This document shows positions 19,174 to 29,225 of a stretch of 64,000 nt of DNA, piece by piece. The notes beneath the pieces were generated by a model. The model searched no databases. It was not told the DNA's origin and saw nothing but the letters and a program-made list of their open reading frames with translations. This DNA comes from an uncultured Bacteroidia bacterium (GTDB taxonomy: Bacteria; Bacteroidota; Bacteroidia; Bacteroidales; CAJPTX01). The position numbers were made by a program, and so were the translations under genes. The DNA lies in assembly GCA_938038735.1 (NCBI GenBank), contig CALHSW010000074.1, forward strand, positions 16,302 through 80,301, written 5' to 3'. Positions within the stretch are counted from its first letter, which is position 1. The number at the start of each line of letters is the position of its first letter.

Positions 19174-19779
19174 TTACTCCCAGTTGCCAGCATTGTTGGT
19201 GGCTTCAGTCATAGAGCCTACACGTAACCCCGCGAAACGTCCGAGCTGCTGCGCCATATCATCCAAATTGATGATGTACTGCTTGTCTAGGCCATTAAGC
19301 AACGTCTTGTTCGTGACGCTCGCCTCGAAAACGGGGACAACCACCTTGGAGGCTGTTCGCAAGTCGCCAGCATTAAGCTTAAACTCCTCACCGTTGGTCG
19401 TGAAAGGAACGTAACGTAGCGAATCCACGTTCATTCCATGGAAGAGACTGTCGCGTACGCTTACCAAAATCGTGTCACGCTTTACACGCCCCTCGGCCAC
19501 GGCTGCAGAGTCATCGAGAGACCCAATTTGACGTACAACCCGAAAGTTACCCGTTTCGAGGAAGTTGATTAGGCTATCAAAAGTGCTAGCGTACTTCTTG
19601 TTCTCCGAACGGTAGGCCACCTGCGCCGTACGTATATCCTTGAGTTTAGTGATAGCGGCATTGTAGCGGATTTCTTTCTGCTTGTCGAAGCGGATAGGCT
19701 TCATTATGCTATCGTAGAGTGCCCATGCCATCCAGCACGCCACCACCGCCAGCACTATAACTGAGATGCGCTTTACCAT
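19174..19779 (-). CDS. Membrane-anchored hypothetical protein
   Basis: A single N-terminal TM helix (ISVIVLAVVACWMAWALY), then a soluble domain with no recognised motif. Confidence 0.5.
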   Translation of the reverse strand: MVKRISVIVLAVVACWMAWALYDSIMKPIRFDKQKEIRYNAAITKLKDIRTAQVAYRSENKKYASTFDSLINFLETGNFRVVRQIGSLDDSAAVAEGRVKRDTILVSVRDSLFHGMNVDSLRYVPFTTNGEEFKLNAGDLRTASKVVVPVFEASVTNKTLLNGLDKQYIINLDDMAQQLGRFAGLRVGSMTEATNNAGNWE

Positions 19780-19791
19780 TTCCCAAATTGT

Positions 19792-19799
19792 TATATTTG
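19792..19799 (+). promoter_or_regulatory. -7 promoter box TATATTTG
   Basis: Exact TAnnTTTG match 57 nt upstream of the ATG at 19856. Confidence 0.45.
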
Positions 19800-19855
19800 T
19801 CGCGAATTTACTATTGTTACTTCAAAAAAGGAAATTCAAGACTGATTTTTACACG

Positions 19856-21310
19856 ATGGCTTCTATAGACTTTGTTCGTAACTACTTGTTGAATAGCTTA
19901 CAAGCTCGGTTAACGGAAGATCAGTCGCAGGCCATCAATTTGTTAATAAAGTTTCTACTGGACTGGGGCAATGATAGCTGTTTCTTGCTCAAGGGCTACG
20001 CCGGAACAGGGAAAACGACACTTTTGGGTGCCCTTGTTCGTGCCTTGCAGGCCCAGTCGGTTGCTTGTATTCTCTTAGCCCCCACGGGGAGAGCGGCGAA
20101 AGTTCTCTCTTCCACGGCAGGATTTTCGGCTACAACCATTCACCGTGAAATCTACTCTATAGCCGAACGAAAGGATGGTGCGCCATCGTATGCTTTACGT
20201 AGAAACAGGCATGTCAACACGCTTTTTGTGGTTGATGAAGCCTCAATGGTTGGCACAACCGCGAACGATTCGCTGAGCCGTCGCCGTGGCGGGCTGCTCG
20301 GAGACCTTGTGGAGTACGTGCGATTGGGGAGGCATTGCAAGCTGCTCCTTTCTGGCGATGATGCCCAGCTCCCGCCCGTGGGGGAGAGTGCGAGCCCTGC
20401 GTTGCAGCCTTTTATTTTGGAGGGTTACTTCACGAAGGTATTTCAAGTGACGTTGCGTAACGTGCTACGCCAGGAGTTAGAGTCCGGTATACTCCATTTT
20501 GCCACGCAGATCCGCGGTCTAGTTGAGAAGTTTAACGGAGCAATGCCACAATTGGACATTCAACAGTATTCCGACTTCAGCGCGATTCCCGCGGGACGTC
20601 TCATTGAGATGGTGGAAAGCTCCTACAACTCCGTGGGCCTTGAGGAGACGGTTGTGCTCTGCCGTTCCAACATGCGCGCGGTGCTCTTTAATGCAACGAT
20701 ACGCTCCGCCATCTTTGGATACGAAGAGCCGTTGGTGGGGGGCGATAGGGTCTTTGCGTGCCGAAACTCTTACCGTTGGACAAAGGGGGTACAGGAGGTG
20801 CCATTCATCGCGAACGGCGACATGCTTCGCATCCGTAGGGTGTACAATACCACGCAGGTAAAAGACTTTTCATTCGCCGACATTGATTTTGCGCTTGAGG
20901 AGTTTCCCGAATTGGAGTTAACAGCAACGGCCATGCTGAACGTGTTGGGATCCTCCTCGGCTGCCCTCCCCAAAAAGGAGCAGGAGGAGCTCTACAGGAT
21001 GCGTACTGCGGCGCTAAAGGAGGAATTGGGTAAAGACTATTCGTACCGTGCTGTGGCAGAAGACCCCATGCTCACTGCGTTACAGCTAAAACATGGCTAT
21101 GCGCTCACCTGTCACAAGTCGCAGGGCGGGCAGTGGGCGCACGTTTATGTTGATGTGGAGCTATTTCCCTCTGTGGCCAGGGATATCTCGTTGCTCCGTT
21201 GGCTCTACACGGCTATTACACGGGCCTCGCAGCGTGTCGTGCTAGTTATGCCTCCGCAGGAGTTGCTCACGCCAGAGAGCTTTTCTGCCCTCGCGGAGGA
21301 GCAATATTAA
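19856..21310 (+). CDS. RecD-like ATP-dependent DNA helicase (AAA_30 / UvrD_C_2 type)
   Basis: Walker A GYAGTGKTT, LLAPTGRAA, Walker B FVVDEASM, GDDAQLPPV, and C-terminal TCHKSQGGQW..VYV. Confidence 0.8.
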   Translation: MASIDFVRNYLLNSLQARLTEDQSQAINLLIKFLLDWGNDSCFLLKGYAGTGKTTLLGALVRALQAQSVACILLAPTGRAAKVLSSTAGFSATTIHREIYSIAERKDGAPSYALRRNRHVNTLFVVDEASMVGTTANDSLSRRRGGLLGDLVEYVRLGRHCKLLLSGDDAQLPPVGESASPALQPFILEGYFTKVFQVTLRNVLRQELESGILHFATQIRGLVEKFNGAMPQLDIQQYSDFSAIPAGRLIEMVESSYNSVGLEETVVLCRSNMRAVLFNATIRSAIFGYEEPLVGGDRVFACRNSYRWTKGVQEVPFIANGDMLRIRRVYNTTQVKDFSFADIDFALEEFPELELTATAMLNVLGSSSAALPKKEQEELYRMRTAALKEELGKDYSYRAVAEDPMLTALQLKHGYALTCHKSQGGQWAHVYVDVELFPSVARDISLLRWLYTAITRASQRVVLVMPPQELLTPESFSALAEEQY

Positions 21311-21321
21311 CTTTTTTACGC

Positions 21322-21329
21322 TACTTTTG
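21322..21329 (+). promoter_or_regulatory. -7 promoter box TACTTTTG, only 4 nt before the mnmE ATG
   Basis: Exact TAnnTTTG match at 21322-21329 with the ATG at 21334. This implies a leaderless or near-leaderless transcript. Confidence 0.45.
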
Positions 21330-21333
21330 CCCC

Positions 21334-22725
21334 ATGCAAACGATTGTGGCACTCTCTACGGGGCCAGCCCATGGCGCAATTGCCGTGGTGCGATTAAGTG
21401 GTGCTGAGGCTCTAGCCATTGCGGAGCGTTTGTTCCGCTCCGCGGCGGGAGTACCCTTGTCGGCATTGCTGCCGCGCTCAGTGCATTTTGGGGAGCTTTG
21501 GGATGGCGATGCGGCGATTGACCAGGTAGTACTTTCCTACTATCAGGCCCCACATTCCTACACTGGGGAAGATGTGGTAGAGTTCTTTTGCCATGGCTCT
21601 AGCTACGTGGTGGAAAGACTGTTGCAGATGGCTGTGGAGAGCGGTGCACGGTTGGCGAAGCGGGGCGAATTCACACGTAGGGCCTTTCTCAACGGGAAGA
21701 TGGATTTAGTGCAGGCAGAGGCTGTAGCCGATTTGATTAACGCACAGACCGCACCGCAGGCCGAGGTGGCCTTTTTGCAACTCAAGGGGGATTTGTCGAA
21801 GGACGTAAAGACGCTGCAGTCGCAGTTGCTTGAGCTTGCTGCCCTGCTGGAGCTGGAGCTTGATTTTTCAGAAGAGGACGTTGAGTTTGCCGACAGAACG
21901 AAGCTATTGCAGTTGGTAGAGTCGGCGAGCAAGAAAGTTAATGCACTGCTGAACTCATATACGGCGGGGAATGCCCTGCGAGAGGGGGTGCGGGTGGTGA
22001 TAGCGGGTGCGCCCAATGCGGGGAAAAGCTCTCTGCTCAATGCACTGGCACGAGAAGAGGTTGCCTTGGTCTCTGACATTCCAGGTACCACCCGCGATGC
22101 GATAGAAACGACGCTGCGCATTGAAGGGTTGCTGTTCCGTTTAATTGACACCGCGGGGCTACGTGTCGCCGATGACCCTGTGGAACGTATGGGGGTTGCG
22201 AGGGCAGAGCAGCGCATAGCGCAGGCGTCCGTGCTAATGGTGGTGGTGGACTCCACGCTGCCGTGGGAATGCGTCCGTGCGGCTGTTGCCGAGGCGATGG
22301 ACCATGCCGATAGTGCTGCAGATGTTGCAGTCTTACTCTCTAAGTCCGATTTGTCATCAGAGAGCGTTTTGGAGGGGCTTCAAGTGCTGGTACGAAAAGA
22401 GGTGCCGCGGGCGCTGGTTATGCGTTGGGCTGCCCCTACGCATCGCGGAGAGCAAGACATTCTGGAGTGGCTTAGCGGTATTGCTACACGCCTGCTGCCT
22501 AAAGCTGGCGATGCGGTGGTGACCAGCGTGCGCCATGTGGCTGCGCTCTCGGAGGCGCAGAGGGGGCTTCATTCGCTTACGGAGGCATTGGGGAATCGTA
22601 CTCCTACCGACATCTTAGCTTTCCAGCTTCGGGAGGCCATTGATAGCCTTGCGGCTATTACGGGCGAGGTGAGCAACGATGCCGTCTTGGATTACATTTT
22701 TTCAAGGTTCTGTATTGGGAAGTAA
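21334..22725 (+). CDS. mnmE: tRNA modification GTPase MnmE (TrmE)
   Basis: MQTIVALSTGPAHGAIAVVRLSG, G-domain GAPNAGKSSLLNAL / DIPGTTRD / DTAGLR, and the C-terminal FCIGK signature. Confidence 0.92.
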   Translation: MQTIVALSTGPAHGAIAVVRLSGAEALAIAERLFRSAAGVPLSALLPRSVHFGELWDGDAAIDQVVLSYYQAPHSYTGEDVVEFFCHGSSYVVERLLQMAVESGARLAKRGEFTRRAFLNGKMDLVQAEAVADLINAQTAPQAEVAFLQLKGDLSKDVKTLQSQLLELAALLELELDFSEEDVEFADRTKLLQLVESASKKVNALLNSYTAGNALREGVRVVIAGAPNAGKSSLLNALAREEVALVSDIPGTTRDAIETTLRIEGLLFRLIDTAGLRVADDPVERMGVARAEQRIAQASVLMVVVDSTLPWECVRAAVAEAMDHADSAADVAVLLSKSDLSSESVLEGLQVLVRKEVPRALVMRWAAPTHRGEQDILEWLSGIATRLLPKAGDAVVTSVRHVAALSEAQRGLHSLTEALGNRTPTDILAFQLREAIDSLAAITGEVSNDAVLDYIFSRFCIGK

Positions 22726-22878
22726 AGCCCCTCGGGCGCACAATGCGCTTATGTTGGGTGGTCGTGTTAACTTATCGCCGACCGATATCAACTATTCTCC
22801 GTTACTTTACATACCTCCCAACTCTATTGCCCCTACGCACTAGGTGCCACCCTCGCAGATAGCTTGTTTGGATTTACG

Positions 22879-22886
22879 TACCTTTG
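22879..22886 (+). promoter_or_regulatory. -7 promoter box TACCTTTG
   Basis: Exact match 83 nt upstream of the ATG at 22969. Confidence 0.5.
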
Positions 22887-22968
22887 TGCCGTCAGGTAAG
22901 GTAAAATGTGGCGTTTACGTGCTGCCCATCGTCGTAAACAAGCTATAAATGGTAGACATCAGAACACT

Positions 22969-23880
22969 ATGATACTATCAATGACTGGGTATGGCGAGGG
23001 GGTCGCTATGCACGAGCTGGGACGTGTGTCGGTAACGTTACGAACAGTAAACAGCAAGGGTTTTGAACTGTACTCTGTTCCGCTGCCCGCACGCTATAGA
23101 AAATTGGAAATGGAGGTGCGGTCGCATCTGCAAACCGCGCTCAAACGCGGACGCTTAGAATGCACTTTTGCCGTGGCATGGAACGAGGGGGCAATGCCGG
23201 CGTCCGTAACGCTTAACCAATCCATGCTCCTCTCCCTCCTTGGGCAGGTGCAAAGTACTTTTAAGGTCGGAATCCAAAATGGACTCCCCCTAGGGGCTGC
23301 AGATCTCGCGCGATGTGCACCCGCGTTGCTCTCTCGCGCCGAGCTGTGGGAGGCAGAAGAGTCCGAGGCCTCCGAAACGGAAAGAACTGCGGTGCTACGC
23401 GCCTTCGACATGGCCGTTGACAACCTCATTGACTTCCGCCTCGCGGAGGGCAAGGCTACTGAAAGGGATTTCCTCGAACAGGTGGGTGCCATAGAGGACC
23501 TCAGACTAGAGGTCGATGCAATGAAGGACGATCGCATAGAGAACATCAAGACGAGAATACAAAGAGATTTCGAGTCGTTTCAAAGCGCCAGCGATGTGAA
23601 GGTAGACCCGCAGCGCCTTGCGCAGGAGGTGATTTTCTACATCGAGAAGCTTGACGTTAACGAGGAGCTGAAGCGACTTGAACAGCACTGCCGTTACTTT
23701 CGGGAAACGCTCGACCAGGAGGAGAGCGCAGGGAAGAAGCTAAATTTCATTGCCCAGGAGATGGGGCGGGAAATCAATACCTTGGGGTCAAAAGCTAACG
23801 ACCACGCAATGCAACGCTGCGTGGTCCAAATGAAGGACCATCTCGAACGGATCAAGGAGCAAACCCTCAACATCCTTTAG
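22969..23880 (+). CDS. yicC: YicC/YloC family endoribonuclease
   Basis: MILSMTGYGEG..., and C-terminal NEELKRLEQH...GKKLNFIAQEMGREINTLGSKAND......VVQMKDHLERIKEQTLNI is the YicC pattern. Confidence 0.85.
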   Translation: MILSMTGYGEGVAMHELGRVSVTLRTVNSKGFELYSVPLPARYRKLEMEVRSHLQTALKRGRLECTFAVAWNEGAMPASVTLNQSMLLSLLGQVQSTFKVGIQNGLPLGAADLARCAPALLSRAELWEAEESEASETERTAVLRAFDMAVDNLIDFRLAEGKATERDFLEQVGAIEDLRLEVDAMKDDRIENIKTRIQRDFESFQSASDVKVDPQRLAQEVIFYIEKLDVNEELKRLEQHCRYFRETLDQEESAGKKLNFIAQEMGREINTLGSKANDHAMQRCVVQMKDHLERIKEQTLNIL

Positions 23881-23882
23881 CT

Positions 23883-24470
23883 ATGGCACCGTGTAAAGAG
23901 TTAACAAACGGGACAGCCCTTATATTTTCTGCCCCTTCAGGCTGCGGAAAAACAACTATAATCAATCGGCTTAGGGTGAAAAACCCACAGCTCGGATTCT
24001 CAGTATCGGCTACCAGCCGTGCGCCCCGCGCTGGGGAGGAGAATGGCCGAGAGTACTACTTCCTATCGCAGCAGGAATTCCGTGAACGCATCGCGCAGGG
24101 CGATTTCCTTGAATGGCAGGAGGTCTACTCCGGCACGCTCTACGGTACGCTGCGAGAGGAGGTGCAGCGTATGTGGCGCAACAACATGGTAGTACTCTTT
24201 GACATTGACGTGAAGGGTGCGCTCAACGTAAAACGTGAGTTAGGCGATGCGGCGCTCACCATCTTTATTGCCCCCCCATCGCTTGACGTGCTTCGGGAAA
24301 GGCTAGAGAATCGGGGTACAGAGTCCCCCGAATCCATCAAGAAGCGTCTAGCGCGCGCCGAGGAGGAGATAGGGTACGCATCGCGCTTTGACATCACAAT
24401 TGTGAACGATGTGCTTGACGTTGCGGTGGAGGAGGCGCAGCGTGCAATTCAGCCCTTCTTGGCCCTCTAG
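23883..24470 (+). CDS. gmk: Guanylate kinase
   Basis: SAPSGCGKTT P-loop, SATSRAPRAGEENGREYYF, and YGT. Confidence 0.9.
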   Translation: MAPCKELTNGTALIFSAPSGCGKTTIINRLRVKNPQLGFSVSATSRAPRAGEENGREYYFLSQQEFRERIAQGDFLEWQEVYSGTLYGTLREEVQRMWRNNMVVLFDIDVKGALNVKRELGDAALTIFIAPPSLDVLRERLENRGTESPESIKKRLARAEEEIGYASRFDITIVNDVLDVAVEEAQRAIQPFLAL

Positions 24471-24476
24471 CCCCAA

Positions 24477-25031
24477 ATGGAACGTATAGGACTATTCTTC
24501 GGCTCCTTTGACCCGCTCCACAATGGGCACCTTGCGGTGGCGGGGCATATGTTGAAATCGGGGGCAATCGATGGGCTATGGTTTGTCGTATCGCCTAACA
24601 ACCCCTTCAAGGATGCGGCCAAAATAGCGTCTGCCGAGGCGCGGTGCGCAGCTGTAGAGCGGGTAGTGGCTGCGCTGGGGGACGCTAGGGTGCAGCTATC
24701 CCGCATTGAGTTATCGCTGCCCACCCCATCCTACACCATCAACACGCTTGACACGCTAAAGAAAATGCACCCCAACATCGCTTTTTCTATCATCATGGGC
24801 GGCGACTCTCTGAAGGACGTGCCCCGCTGGCGCGAGGGCAGCCGTATTCTGGGGGAGTCCCATCTGCTGGTCTACCCGCGGGGCGATATGCGGCAAATCC
24901 CCACTGAGCTCGTAAAGCACCCCAACGTGACAATCATGGATGCCCCCCTTTTACCCATCAGCTCCACCTTTATTCGTGAGGGGCGCAGAGAGGGCTATAA
25001 CATGGATTTCTTTGTTCCGCTGGTGCGGTGA
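24477..25031 (+). CDS. nadD: Nicotinate-nucleotide adenylyltransferase
   Basis: GLFFGSFDPLHNGHL (HxGH motif), SPNNPFK, ISSTFIR. Confidence 0.88.
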   Translation: MERIGLFFGSFDPLHNGHLAVAGHMLKSGAIDGLWFVVSPNNPFKDAAKIASAEARCAAVERVVAALGDARVQLSRIELSLPTPSYTINTLDTLKKMHPNIAFSIIMGGDSLKDVPRWREGSRILGESHLLVYPRGDMRQIPTELVKHPNVTIMDAPLLPISSTFIREGRREGYNMDFFVPLVR

Positions 25032-25041
25032 GCATAAAAAA

Positions 25042-25073
25042 GGGCGGCGCAAAGCTGAAAGTTTGCGCCGCCC
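25042..25073 (-). terminator. Rho-independent terminator for gcvH (hairpin also follows convergent nadD)
   Basis: 12-bp stem GGGCGGCGCAAA / TTTGCGCCGCCC. On the minus strand it is followed by TTTTTTAT. Confidence 0.7.
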
Positions 25074-25098
25074 ATCGGTTAATCTTGAAAACAGGTGC

Positions 25099-25479
25099 TT
25101 ACTGACCTATATGATTCTTATACCCAGCTGCGTCCAAGAGCTTCTTGCTGGGCTTTGCGTTGCTCACGCGAATAATCCACCCTTCGCCGTAGGGATCCTT
25201 GTTGATTAGCTCCGGATTATCCTCCAGCTTGGCGTTAAGCTCTACAATCGTTCCTGACACTGGCAACACCAGGTCCGACACGGTCTTCACGGCCTCAATG
25301 GAACCAAACACCGCCCCCTCTTCAAGCTCTTCATCTACCGTGTCCACATCCACGTAGACGATGTCGCCCAGCTCGCTCTGAGCAAAGTCCGTAATGCCTA
25401 TAATGGCATCGTTGCCCTCCATGCGTACCCACTCGTGGTCTACGCTATACTTCAAATTCTCTGGAAAATTCATAGCCAT
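25099..25479 (-). CDS. gcvH: Glycine cleavage system H protein
   Basis: YSVDHEWVR...[15 protein letters not shown]......[12 protein letters not shown] (lipoyl-Lys motif)...DPYGEGW. Confidence 0.92.
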   Translation of the reverse strand: MAMNFPENLKYSVDHEWVRMEGNDAIIGITDFAQSELGDIVYVDVDTVDEELEEGAVFGSIEAVKTVSDLVLPVSGTIVELNAKLEDNPELINKDPYGEGWIIRVSNAKPSKKLLDAAGYKNHIGQ

Positions 25480-25511
25480 CTCAAAGGTTATTTGTACTCA
25501 ACTACCCGCCG

Positions 25512-25519
25512 CAAAGGTA
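25512..25519 (-). promoter_or_regulatory. -7 promoter box TACCTTTG (minus strand)
   Basis: CAAAGGTA on the plus strand, ending 32 nt upstream of the gcvH ATG at 25479. Confidence 0.55.
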
Positions 25520-25614
25520 GCCACATTTGCACAATTTACAAACCGCCCTAGCTGGCTATCGCAAGCTGTGAAAACCGCTTTGTGGTCGAGAGCAAAATAA
25601 CTCATTAAAATCAC

Positions 25615-25622
25615 TACCTTTG
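25615..25622 (+). promoter_or_regulatory. -7 promoter box TACCTTTG, 4 nt before the ATG at 25627
   Basis: Exact match. The geometry implies a leaderless transcript. Confidence 0.45.
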
Positions 25623-25626
25623 AGCC

Positions 25627-26352
25627 ATGAACGAAAAGGCACTTTCGCCCGCGCTTTATCTTATCCCAACGCCGCTGGGCGAAGAGGGGTTTGCGGGCGC
25701 GCTTACAGCTCCCGCGCTAGATATAGTGCGCCAGCTACGCCTGTTTGCCGTTGAAAACGTACGCACGGCGCGCCGTTTCCTCTCCCCCCTAGGTATGCCT
25801 GTACCCATTGACACACTTGAGTTTATACTCTTTAATCGTGATTCCACCGATTCAGAAGCCCAGCAAATCGCGCTACGCATAATCGGGGGAACCCCAGTAG
25901 GCGTACTCTCGGAGGCGGGTGCTCCCGGCGTGGCTGACCCCGGCGCACGTCTCGTGGCTATGGCGCACACCATGAACATTGACGTAGAGCCGCTGGTCGG
26001 GGCGTCAAGCATCCTCTTAGCCCTCATGGCTTCAGGATTTAATGGGCAATCGTTTGCCTTCAATGGCTATTTACCCATTGAGCAGCGCGCGCTGCGCAGT
26101 GCCATCGTTCGTTTGGAGCATATCGCAATCACTACCAACCAGACGCAGCTATTCATTGAAACCCCCTACCGAAACGATAGGCTCCTATCGGCGCTCCTCT
26201 CCACGCTACGAGATTCTACATTGCTCACCATCGCTCGCGGACTGAATACCTCCAGTCAGCTTGTCCGTACGCAGTCCGTGGCTGAGTGGAAAGCGCGCAA
26301 ACCTACCATCGGTAAAATCCCAACGGTATTTATTGTTGGCGTAGCCTCGTAA
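25627..26352 (+). CDS. Tetrapyrrole-methylase-superfamily SAM-dependent methyltransferase (RsmI/YraL-like)
   Basis: LYLIPTPLGE..., VGVLSEAGAPGVADPGARLV, PLVGASSILLALMASGFNGQSFAFNGYLP. Confidence 0.7.
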   Translation: MNEKALSPALYLIPTPLGEEGFAGALTAPALDIVRQLRLFAVENVRTARRFLSPLGMPVPIDTLEFILFNRDSTDSEAQQIALRIIGGTPVGVLSEAGAPGVADPGARLVAMAHTMNIDVEPLVGASSILLALMASGFNGQSFAFNGYLPIEQRALRSAIVRLEHIAITTNQTQLFIETPYRNDRLLSALLSTLRDSTLLTIARGLNTSSQLVRTQSVAEWKARKPTIGKIPTVFIVGVAS

Positions 26353-26368
26353 TCGGTTTGCAGGAGAG

Positions 26369-28396
26369 ATGAGTACGCTTAAACCTTTAAAAATAGAATC
26401 TTCTTACGCCCCTACGGGCGACCAGCCCACGGCCATCAAGCAGCTCGTGGAGGGCTTTAGGATGGGGGCCAAGGCGCAGGTCCTCCTTGGCGTTACAGGC
26501 TCTGGGAAAACCTTTACTGCCGCCAATGTCATTGAACAGTTGCAGATGCCAACCCTCATTCTGAGCCATAATAAAACGCTCGCGGCGCAGCTCTACGGCG
26601 AATTCAAAGCCTTCTTCCCGAACAACCTCGTTGAGTACTACGTCTCCTACTACGATTACTATCAGCCCGAAGCCTACCTCCCTGTATCAGACACCTACAT
26701 TGAGAAGGATCTCGCCATCAATAGTGAGATCGAGAAGCTCAGGCTCTCCACCACGGCCTCCCTCCTTAGCGGCAGAAAAGATGTCATTGTCGTCAGCTCC
26801 GTCTCCTGTATTTATGGTGCTGGTAACCCTGAAGACTTCCACAGCAACACGGTTCACATCGCGGTGGGCGATGAGATTGCCATTGATGTTTTTCTACGTA
26901 AGCTCGTGAATTCTCTCTACAGCCGCAACGATAACGAACTCACAAGGGGGCACTTCCGCGTGAAGGGCGACACCGTCGACGTGGCGGTTGCCTACGGCGA
27001 CTACGCCTACCGTATCGTCTTCTTTGGCAATGAGGTAGAGTCAATACGCGTCTTTGACGTTGAAACGCAAACCATGGGCAATGCGGTCAACGGCGCCTCC
27101 ATATACCCCGCCAATATCTTCGTCACCACCCCTGCACGTCTTCAGCACGCCATTAAGCTCATACAGAACGACATGGTGGAGCAGTGCAATATCTTCAAGG
27201 AGCAGCAACGCTTCCTTGAGGCGAAGCGCCTTGAGGAGCGTGTGCTCTACGACATTGAGATGATGCGCGAGGTAGGCTTCTGCAAGGGCATTGAGAACTA
27301 CTCCCGCTACTTCGATGGTCGTGAACCCGGGGAGCGTCCCTTCTGCCTCCTGGACTACTTCCCTGACGATTTCCTACTCATCATCGATGAGAGCCACGTC
27401 ACTGTACCCCAAATCCAGGGCATGTACGGCGGCGACCGTGCGCGTAAGCAAAACCTTGTGGAGTACGGATTCCGTCTACCAGCAGCGCGTGACAATCGTC
27501 CCCTCACATTTGAGGAGTTTGAGAGTATCGTGGGGCAAACGCTCTACATGAGCGCCACGCCGGCCGAATATGAGTTGGCGCAGAGCGGTGGGGTCATCGT
27601 GGAGCAGGTGGTGCGCCCAACGGGGCTTCTTGACCCCCCCATTGAGGTCCGTCCCACCTATGGGCAGATAGATGACCTTCTCCATGAAATCAACGTGCGG
27701 GCCAAGAAGCATGAGCGCGTGCTCGTCACCACCCTCACAAAGAAAATGGCTGAGAGCCTGCAGGAGTACTTTGAGGACATGCACGTGCGCTGCCGCTACA
27801 TCCACTCCGACGTGGAGACCCTGGAGAGGGTGCAAATCCTTGACGAGCTGCGTGCGGGGGTGTTTGATGTGCTTATCGGGGTAAACCTCCTGCGGGAAGG
27901 GTTAGATCTACCCGAGGTATCGCTTGTGGCCATTCTTGATGCCGACAAGGAGGGCTTCCTACGTTCCACCCGATCGTTGACGCAGACCGTGGGGCGCGCC
28001 GCACGTAATGTCAAAGGCAGGGTGATTATGTACGCCGACACCATTACCGCCTCCATGAAGGAAACGATTGACGAGACGGAGCGCCGTCGTGAAATCCAGC
28101 TCGCCTACAACGCTGAGCACGGCATTACGCCCACCCCGATCATTAAGCGGCAGAGCGCCACGCTCGGCGAGCTGCGGGGTGAGCCCGCTGCAGAGGCAAC
28201 CGAGATTAAAGAACCGCTGCAAATGGTGGCAGAGGATGCCGCCATGTTCACCAGCCCGAAGCTGCTACGCCAGGCCATCGCGCGCGCCGAGTCGCAGATG
28301 CGGCAAGCCGCTAAAGCCAAGGACTACCGTGCAGCCGCCGACTTCCGTGACGTTATGCTTGACCTGCAGGCTAAGCTAGACGATCTGAAGGGGTGA
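26369..28396 (+). CDS. uvrB: Excinuclease ABC subunit B
   Basis: GDQPTAI..L, GVTGSGKTFT, SHNKTLAAQLY, YYDYYQPEAY, DESHVT, GVNLLREGLDLPEVSLVAILDADKEGFLRS, and a C-terminal UVR domain. Confidence 0.95.
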   Translation: MSTLKPLKIESSYAPTGDQPTAIKQLVEGFRMGAKAQVLLGVTGSGKTFTAANVIEQLQMPTLILSHNKTLAAQLYGEFKAFFPNNLVEYYVSYYDYYQPEAYLPVSDTYIEKDLAINSEIEKLRLSTTASLLSGRKDVIVVSSVSCIYGAGNPEDFHSNTVHIAVGDEIAIDVFLRKLVNSLYSRNDNELTRGHFRVKGDTVDVAVAYGDYAYRIVFFGNEVESIRVFDVETQTMGNAVNGASIYPANIFVTTPARLQHAIKLIQNDMVEQCNIFKEQQRFLEAKRLEERVLYDIEMMREVGFCKGIENYSRYFDGREPGERPFCLLDYFPDDFLLIIDESHVTVPQIQGMYGGDRARKQNLVEYGFRLPAARDNRPLTFEEFESIVGQTLYMSATPAEYELAQSGGVIVEQVVRPTGLLDPPIEVRPTYGQIDDLLHEINVRAKKHERVLVTTLTKKMAESLQEYFEDMHVRCRYIHSDVETLERVQILDELRAGVFDVLIGVNLLREGLDLPEVSLVAILDADKEGFLRSTRSLTQTVGRAARNVKGRVIMYADTITASMKETIDETERRREIQLAYNAEHGITPTPIIKRQSATLGELRGEPAAEATEIKEPLQMVAEDAAMFTSPKLLRQAIARAESQMRQAAKAKDYRAAADFRDVMLDLQAKLDDLKG

Positions 28397-28526
28397 CCCC
28401 AAAACCTTGAAAGCTCGCAAAGAGTCAAAGAACGAACGCCAGCTGCCTACGTCCAAACGGTACACGCACAATGGGGAATATCGCGCAAGGCAACATCCCC
28501 CATATTAAGCTTGAAATCGGAAATAG

Positions 28527-29225
28527 CTACCGAACGGTGAGAGCATCCACCTTTGGGTTCCCCGCCGCCTCCTCCTTGTCATTCAGGTAGAGCGGTGAGT
28601 ATTTTCCCTCTGGAAGGTCATTGAGGATAAATGCATTAGCTTTTTTCGCCCCAATCACGTTATCTGTAAGGGCCGTAGCCACCGTGTTGACGATAAGATC
28701 TAGCAGAAATGAGCTACTGTTTGAAACTGACGCATCAACCGTCACGTTGGCGCTGCGGTGGAATAGAACCTCTTGCGTATGGGTTGATTTTAGCGTGTAC
28801 TCTATAGATACCTCTATTTGCGACAGTAAGCTCAATTTATTCCAACGTGTGATAGTAGTGAAAAGCACCGCATCAGCACCGTACACATTTAAGAATGGCG
28901 TGAGCGACCCATCGAGGAATTGCTCCGCATCGTAACCGCTCTCACTCTGCAATAGCTCTTGCGAGAGGAACGGTGAGAAGACGTAATACCCCTTGTTTGC
29001 CAAGGGCATGTAGAGCGTGGCGTATACGCACTCCTTAGCCTCCACCTTGTTCGTCTTGTTGATCGGGGGCATTATTAGAATCGCCACCGGCTGCTCTTCA
29101 TACATCTTCGGATAGGCCGTTCCACGGGTAAGAGCCCCCCGGTTGAGCGAGCCGCAAGACGATATGGCAACTACCACTAGCGCAGCTCCTAGCACCACGC
29201 CTAAAGCCTTTATAACCTTTGCCAT
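28527..29225 (-). CDS. DUF799 (GNA1162-like) lipoprotein
   Basis: Lipobox AISSC. VAILIMPPINKTNKVEAKE....TLYMPLANKGYYVFSP is the DUF799 pattern. Last gene of a 4-gene lipoprotein operon. Confidence 0.65.
   Translation of the reverse strand: MAKVIKALGVVLGAALVVVAISSCGSLNRGALTRGTAYPKMYEEQPVAILIMPPINKTNKVEAKECVYATLYMPLANKGYYVFSPFLSQELLQSESGYDAEQFLDGSLTPFLNVYGADAVLFTTITRWNKLSLLSQIEVSIEYTLKSTHTQEVLFHRSANVTVDASVSNSSSFLLDLIVNTVATALTDNVIGAKKANAFILNDLPEGKYSPLYLNDKEEAAGNPKVDALTVR

Noticed and set aside
28471-28503. A possible terminator hairpin between convergent uvrB and the DUF799 gene (ATGGGG...CCCCAT).
   Set aside because: It has only a 6-bp stem, a ~21-nt loop and no T-run, which is too weak to call.
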